This document shows, piece by piece, positions 29,601 through 35,600 of a stretch of 37,282 nt of DNA (positions within the stretch are counted from its first letter, which is position 1; each line of letters starts with the position of its first letter). Both the position numbers and the translations under genes were made by a program. Location of the stretch: the NCBI GenBank assembly GCA_049583465.1, contig JBAUVX010000405.1:1-37282 (forward strand). Reading direction: 5' to 3'. The notes under the pieces are model-generated. The model saw nothing but the letters and a program-made list of their open reading frames with translations, searched no databases and was not told the origin of the DNA. The DNA is from Waddliaceae bacterium. GTDB lineage: Bacteria; Chlamydiota; Chlamydiia; Chlamydiales; Waddliaceae.

Positions 29601-32600
29601 GCGCATTTAGAACATCCACAATTATTCGGACAAGTGATTGCTGTAAGCGAAAAAATTTCGGCGACGGAATTGATGTCGAGATTAAAGGAAAACAAGAAAC
29701 AGCCTCAAGATGATCAGATCTACTACGAAGAAGACCGACGGTTAGTCTCCGTCTTGAAAGAAATGCACTCCGCTGAATTAGAAAAAACGATTCCCTGGCG
29801 TGATCATGGGGTGTATTTGATCACAGGCGGCGCCGGAGGATTGGGGTTGATTTTTGCTGAAGAGATCACGCGTAAGTGTACAAGCACAACATTAATTCTC
29901 ACCGGTCGTTCGACGTTGAGCACCGAAAAGAAGGACAAACTGAAAGAACTGCAAAGATCAGGAGCAGAAGTTCAATACAAAAAGGTAGACATTACTGATA
30001 AGGAGGCGGTTGCAGCACTTATTCGGGAGATTGAACACGACTTTGGCAAGGTCAATGGAATGATTCATAGCGCCGGGGTGATTAACGATGACTATATTGT
30101 GAACAAGCAGACAGAGGAGTTTCGAGCAGTGCTCGCCCCCAAAGTGTTAGGAACGATCAACCTTGATCAAGCAACGAAGACATTGAAGGAATTGGACTTT
30201 TTTATTGTATTTTCTTCAAGTGCAGGTTGTCTAGGCAGTGCAGGACAGGCTGATTATGCCACAGCTAATGCATTTATGGACGCTTTTGCCCACTATCGCA
30301 ATACCTTGCTGGGTAGCAAACGGACTGGCCGCACTTATTCAATCAATTGGCCGCTGTGGAAAGAAGGCGGCATGGATGTCGATCAGACAACAAAAAAGAT
30401 GATGAAAGAACACTTAGGCTTAGTGGCTATGGAGACAGCTGCAGGGATGGAGGCCTTTTATCAAGCCTTATCTGCACAAGTGCCTCAGGTGATGATTATG
30501 AGAGGTTTGCTTAAGCGCATGCAAAGCAAGCTGTTTCCTAAACAACTCTCGAAGGCACGTTCAACACAGACGGACTCAGGCATTGATACAGGCCATTTAC
30601 TTGATAAGATTCAGCAGGCTTTGATGAAAGTGATTTCTCAATCATTGAAACTAAGAATTGAAGAGCTAGACATTGATGCTGAGTTCAGCGAATACGGGTT
30701 TGATTCGATCACGTTGACGGATTTTGCTAACAGATTGAATCAACACTATCAACTAGAGCTAACCCCTACGATCTTTTTTGAGTATCCCACTATTGGTCGT
30801 TTCGCAAAATATTTGAATGAGGACCATCAGAGCGTGTTTGCTATTCAAACGCCACAGCAAAAAGAAGCGACTGAAATTTTGGAGGATCAGACTAGTGTTG
30901 CCAGGCCGAGACGTCGTTGTCGATTTGCAACCACAGCGATTTCTTTTGCGCCAGACTCTAAAACTACCGAACCGATTGCTATTGTGGGGGTGAGCGGCTG
31001 TTTTCCTGAGGCTGGCGATATTCATGAATTTTGGGAAAATCTTAAGGAAGGGAAACATTGCATACAAGAAATACCCCAACAGCGCTGGAATTGGCGAGCG
31101 ATGTATGGCGATCCTCGGCAAGAGAGCAACAAAACCAATATCAAGTGGGGTGGTTTTATCGAAGGCATTGACACATTTGACCCCCAATTTTTTGGGATAT
31201 CCCCTCGTGAAGCACAATTGATGGATCCTCAGCAGAGACTGCTGATGACCTATATTTGGTTGGTATTGGAGGATGCCGGCTATTCAGCATCGAGCCTGTC
31301 GGACAGCAATACGGGGATTTTTATTGGTACCGGCAGTAGCGGCTACACCAATCTCATCACCAACGCTAAACTGCCTGTTGAAGGGTATAGTTCGATAGGG
31401 GTGGTCCCCTCGATCGGTCCCAATAGGATGAGTTATTTTTTAAATATTCATGGTCCAAGTGAGCCTATTGAAACAGCGTGTTCATCATCTTTAATAGCAA
31501 TCCATAAGGCCCTTATTTCGATGGAAGCGGGTGAGTGCGATCAGGCGATTGTCGGGGGGATCAATACGATCCTCAGTCCAGATGTTCATATCAGTTTCAA
31601 TAAAGCGGGCATGCTTTGTCAAGATGGTCGCTGTAAAACATTTTCTAAGCAAGCGAATGGTTATGTTCGAGGTGAAGGGGTGGGCATGCTCATGTTAAAG
31701 CCCCTTGAGATAGCCGAACGGGAAAAAGATCATATTTACGGATTAGTTAGAAGCAGTGCGGAAAATCATGGAGGGCGGGCAAATTCTTTAACAGCGCCAA
31801 ATCCCAAAGCCCAAACGGATCTATTAATCCGTGCTTATCGTAAAGCAGGAATTCATCCCGGGACAGTCAGTTATATCGAAGCCCATGGAACAGGAACAGA
31901 ATTGGGAGATCCCATAGAAGTCAACAGTTTGAAAGCCGCGTTTAAAGAATTGGCTCAAGAGATGGGAAGTGGGCAAATTCAAGAAAGTTATTGTGGGCTA
32001 GGATCAGTAAAGACAAATATTGGCCATTTAGAACTAGCGGCAGGCGTTGCGGGTGTGATTAAGGTTCTTCTCCAACTTCAGCATAAAAGACTAGTGAAAA
32101 GTCTTCATTGTGATGAAATCAATCCTTATATCGAATTAAAAGGGAGCCCGTTCTACGTCGTTCAAGAATCACAAGAGTGGCGAGCTTTGCAAGATTCCAG
32201 CGGAAAACTCCTTCCTCGCCGAGCTGGGGTCAGTTCCTTTGGATTTGGAGGAGTCAATGCCCATGTTGTTCTTGAGGAATACATACCAAAGGATGGGCAA
32301 CAATCAATAGAAGACATTGTCGATCTTCCGTCAAGTCGTGTCATTGTCCCTCTTTCAGCCAAGAACAGGGAACGATTGCAAGACTATGCAAAGAGTCTTG
32401 CAACATGGATACAAAATGACAAAGAGCGTCAAATCAATCTTGTCGATCTTGCTTATACACTCCAGGTAGGGCGTGAGCCAATGGAAGTCCGATTAGGGAT
32501 GATTGTCCACTCAATAAAGCAACTAGAAAAAAAGTTGCAGGCATTCATTACCGAGGCCGAAGAGATAGAAGACCTCTATATTGGGCAAGTCCAGCGAAAT

Positions 32601-35600
32601 AAAGAGACGTCGTTGGCAGTTTTTGGTGCCGATGAAGATTTACAAAACGCCATGCAAGCCTGGGCAAGTAAAGGAAAGTACAATAAACTGCTCGATCTTT
32701 GGGTCAAAGGTCTGGCTTTTGATTGGAATCAATTGTATGGGGCAAACAAGCCAAAGCGCATCAGCGCACCGACCTATCCCTTTGCCAAAGAGCGCTATTG
32801 GATAGAAGCTCAGGATTTGTCGGCTAACAAGAGTATCCAACCAAGCAAGAAAAATCCTTTAACTTCTCTTGAAGAGTACGTTGCAGACGATCAAGGGCGT
32901 GTTTCGAGATCATTGTCTAAACCATTGGGAATAACATTAGCTGCTTTGTCGGAAGAACAAAATTTTTCTGTACGAGGAAATCAGATGCAACAAGCTGTAG
33001 ACATTTCCTTGCCGGCAGACAAGCAAATGTCTTCTACTGCAAGTCATCATGATCCTGGAGAGTCTTCTCTCTTGAAAGAAACCCTGCTAACAGAACTGGT
33101 CATAAGCTTAGCGAACATTTTATACATGAAGCCAAGCGAGATCGACATGAATAAATCGTTTGTTGAGATAGGCTTGGATTCCATTGTGGGAGTAGAATGG
33201 GTACAAGAAATCAATAAGAAGTATTCGCTCAATATCGTTGCGACGAAAGTTTATGATTATGTGACTCTTCAAGAGTTTGCCAAATTTTTAAAAAAAGAAT
33301 TGGATAAGAAAGGAACGGTACCAACTCAAGAGCCATCAAAGCCGCGGCCTTCAGTATCGGTAGAGCAACCACAGAGTACAAAGTCGGAGCCACAAAACGT
33401 GTTGAGTTCCGGGGACAATTACGGCCTTGTTCTTTCTACAGTTAGTTCTTTTGAAAACATCTCTTTAAAAAAATGGGAAATTCCTCCTCCCTCCTGTGGT
33501 GAGGTAACCGTTAAAGTAGAAGCCTCTGCCGTTAATTTTCCTGATACATTGTGTGTAAAAGGATTATACCCCACCATGCCGGACTATCCCTTTGTTCCTG
33601 GTTTTGAAGTGTCGGGAACAATTTCTCGTCTTGGTGATCAGGTCTCGGAGATAAGTTTGGGAGATGAAGTGATTGCGTTCACAGGCGGGCAAATGGGCGG
33701 ACATGCTCGTTATGTCAATGTTCCTGTAGAAAACTTAATGCGCAAGCCTCAATGTGTTTCGTTTGAAGAGGCCTGTAGTTTACCTGTTGTTTTTGGGACC
33801 GTGTATTACGCATTTGAAAAAGGGAAATTATCTCCCGGAGAACACGTGTTAATACAAACAGCTACCGGAGGCTGTGGACTCATGGCTCTTCAATTGGCAC
33901 GATTAAAGAGTTGCGTGTGCTATGGCACATCGAGTCGTCCAGAAAAATTAGCGATACTGAAGGAGCTAGATGTCCCTTATGTGCTGAATTATCAAGAAGA
34001 TTTTGATCGAAAAATTAAAGAGATCACTAATGATCGAGGAGTAGATGTTGTATTAAATACGTTGTCAGGCGATGGCATCCAAAAGGGGTTAAACAGTTTA
34101 GCAGCGTCGGGGCGGTATGTGGAAATTGCTGTACACGCACTAAAAACGAGTCCCAAATTAGACCTTTCTCAGTTAGTCCACAACCAGTCTATTTACAGCA
34201 TTGATTTACGCCGATTACGAGCGCAAAAAGGTGGCAATAAAAATAGCGAAGCTTTTCACACCATGATTTCTTGGCTTGAGTCCGGGATCGTGGTCCCGGT
34301 TGTTTCGAGAATTTACCCAGTTCACCAAATCGTCGATGCTTTGACGTATGTCTCTCAAGGAAAACATATTGGCAAAGTGGTGATTAGTCATACATGTCAA
34401 CACATGGTGGATTGTATGGATCATTGCTTAAACCGGATGTTAGAGCAAAAAAGAAAGGCTGAATCACGGGAATGTTCGAGAGAAAGCAGCCCCTCCATTG
34501 CGATAAACAAAGCGGGAAAAGAGATGACCGAAGCGATTGCAATTATTGGAATGTCCGGTCGATTCCCCAAAGCTCCACATGTCGATAGGTTCTGGGAGAA
34601 TATCTCACAAGGGAAAGATTGCATTTCGGAAATTCCCACAACCCGTTGGCCAATCGATCAATATTATGATTCAAATAAACATGTGCCCGGAAAGACCTAT
34701 TGTAAATGGATGGGGATGTTGGATGATATCGATCAGTTTGACCCCTTGTTTTTTAATATTTCCCCCGCAGAAGCTCAGTGGATAGATCCTCAACAGCGTT
34801 TGTTTTTAGAAAATGCCTGGCATTGCGTAGAAGATGCAGGACTCAATCCAAGTTCTTTATCGGGCAGCTCTTGTGGAGTGTTTGTTGGCTGTGGCGGCAG
34901 CATCTATGGAAGCACAATGCATGAGAAAGAGCTGAGTGTACAGAGTTTAATGGGAGGAAGTTCTTCCATTTTATCGGCTAGAATAGCCTATGTACTCAAT
35001 TTGAAAGGCCCTTGTCTAGCGATTGATACAGCATGTTCTTCTTCTCTAGTCGCCATCGCGGAAGCCTGCAACAGTTTGGTGCTTAAGACAAGTGATCTGG
35101 CACTAGCAGGAGGAGTGTGCGTCTTGTCAGGGCCTGCGCTGCATATCATGACAAGTCATGCAGGGATGTTGTCTGAAGATGGGCGCTGCTTTGCCTTTGA
35201 TGCAAGAGCCAATGGTTTTGTTCCTGGAGAAGGTGTTGGCGTTGTTTTACTCAAGCGGCTTTCAGATGCTATCCGTGATCGCGATCAAATTTATGGAGTC
35301 ATCAAGGGGTGGGGGATCAAGCAGGATGGAAAAACAAACGGAATGACAGCACCAAGCGTGAATTCACAGATTTCGTTGGAAAAAGAGATTTACAATCGTT
35401 TTGGTATTAACCCTGAAACGATTTCCTTGGTTGAAGCTCATGGGACAGGAACAAAACTTGGAGATCCTATCGAAGTCGAGGCGCTAATCGAGTCTTTTAG
35501 ATCCTATACAGATAAGCAGCGATATTGTGCTTTAGGTTCGGTCAAAAGTAATATAGGTCATCTTCAATCTGCATCGGGAATTGCGGGAGTGATCAAAGTC

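Larger units (their letters stand above)
24720..32801 (+). repeat. Supermodule repeat, copy 2 (KR-ACP-KS-DH-KR-ACP-KS+flank, ~8.1 kb)
   Basis: Same domain order and motif register as copy 1. Both copies start at SEVMCFEEVW and end at the PTYPFAKER(Y/H)W of the second KS flank. Confidence 0.9.

Noticed and set aside
11652-32801. Long direct repeats considered as a mobile element, IS-flanked duplication or CRISPR-like array
   Set aside because: The repeats are in-frame protein-coding module duplications of ~8.1 kb. They have no terminal inverted repeats, transposase or short spacer-repeat periodicity.
32802-33065. ~88-aa stretch between the KS7 flank and ACP8, considered as a hidden catalytic domain (for example ECH2)
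   Set aside because: It is too short for a crotonase fold. It is Ser/Gln/Lys-rich and low-complexity with no motifs, so it is most likely a linker.
34389-34427. Cys/His-rich patch H-T-C-Q-H-M-V-D-C-M-D-H-C just after the ER; considered as a metal-binding site
   Set aside because: It is only 13 residues in an inter-domain linker and matches no motif I recognise. It cannot be supported from sequence alone.
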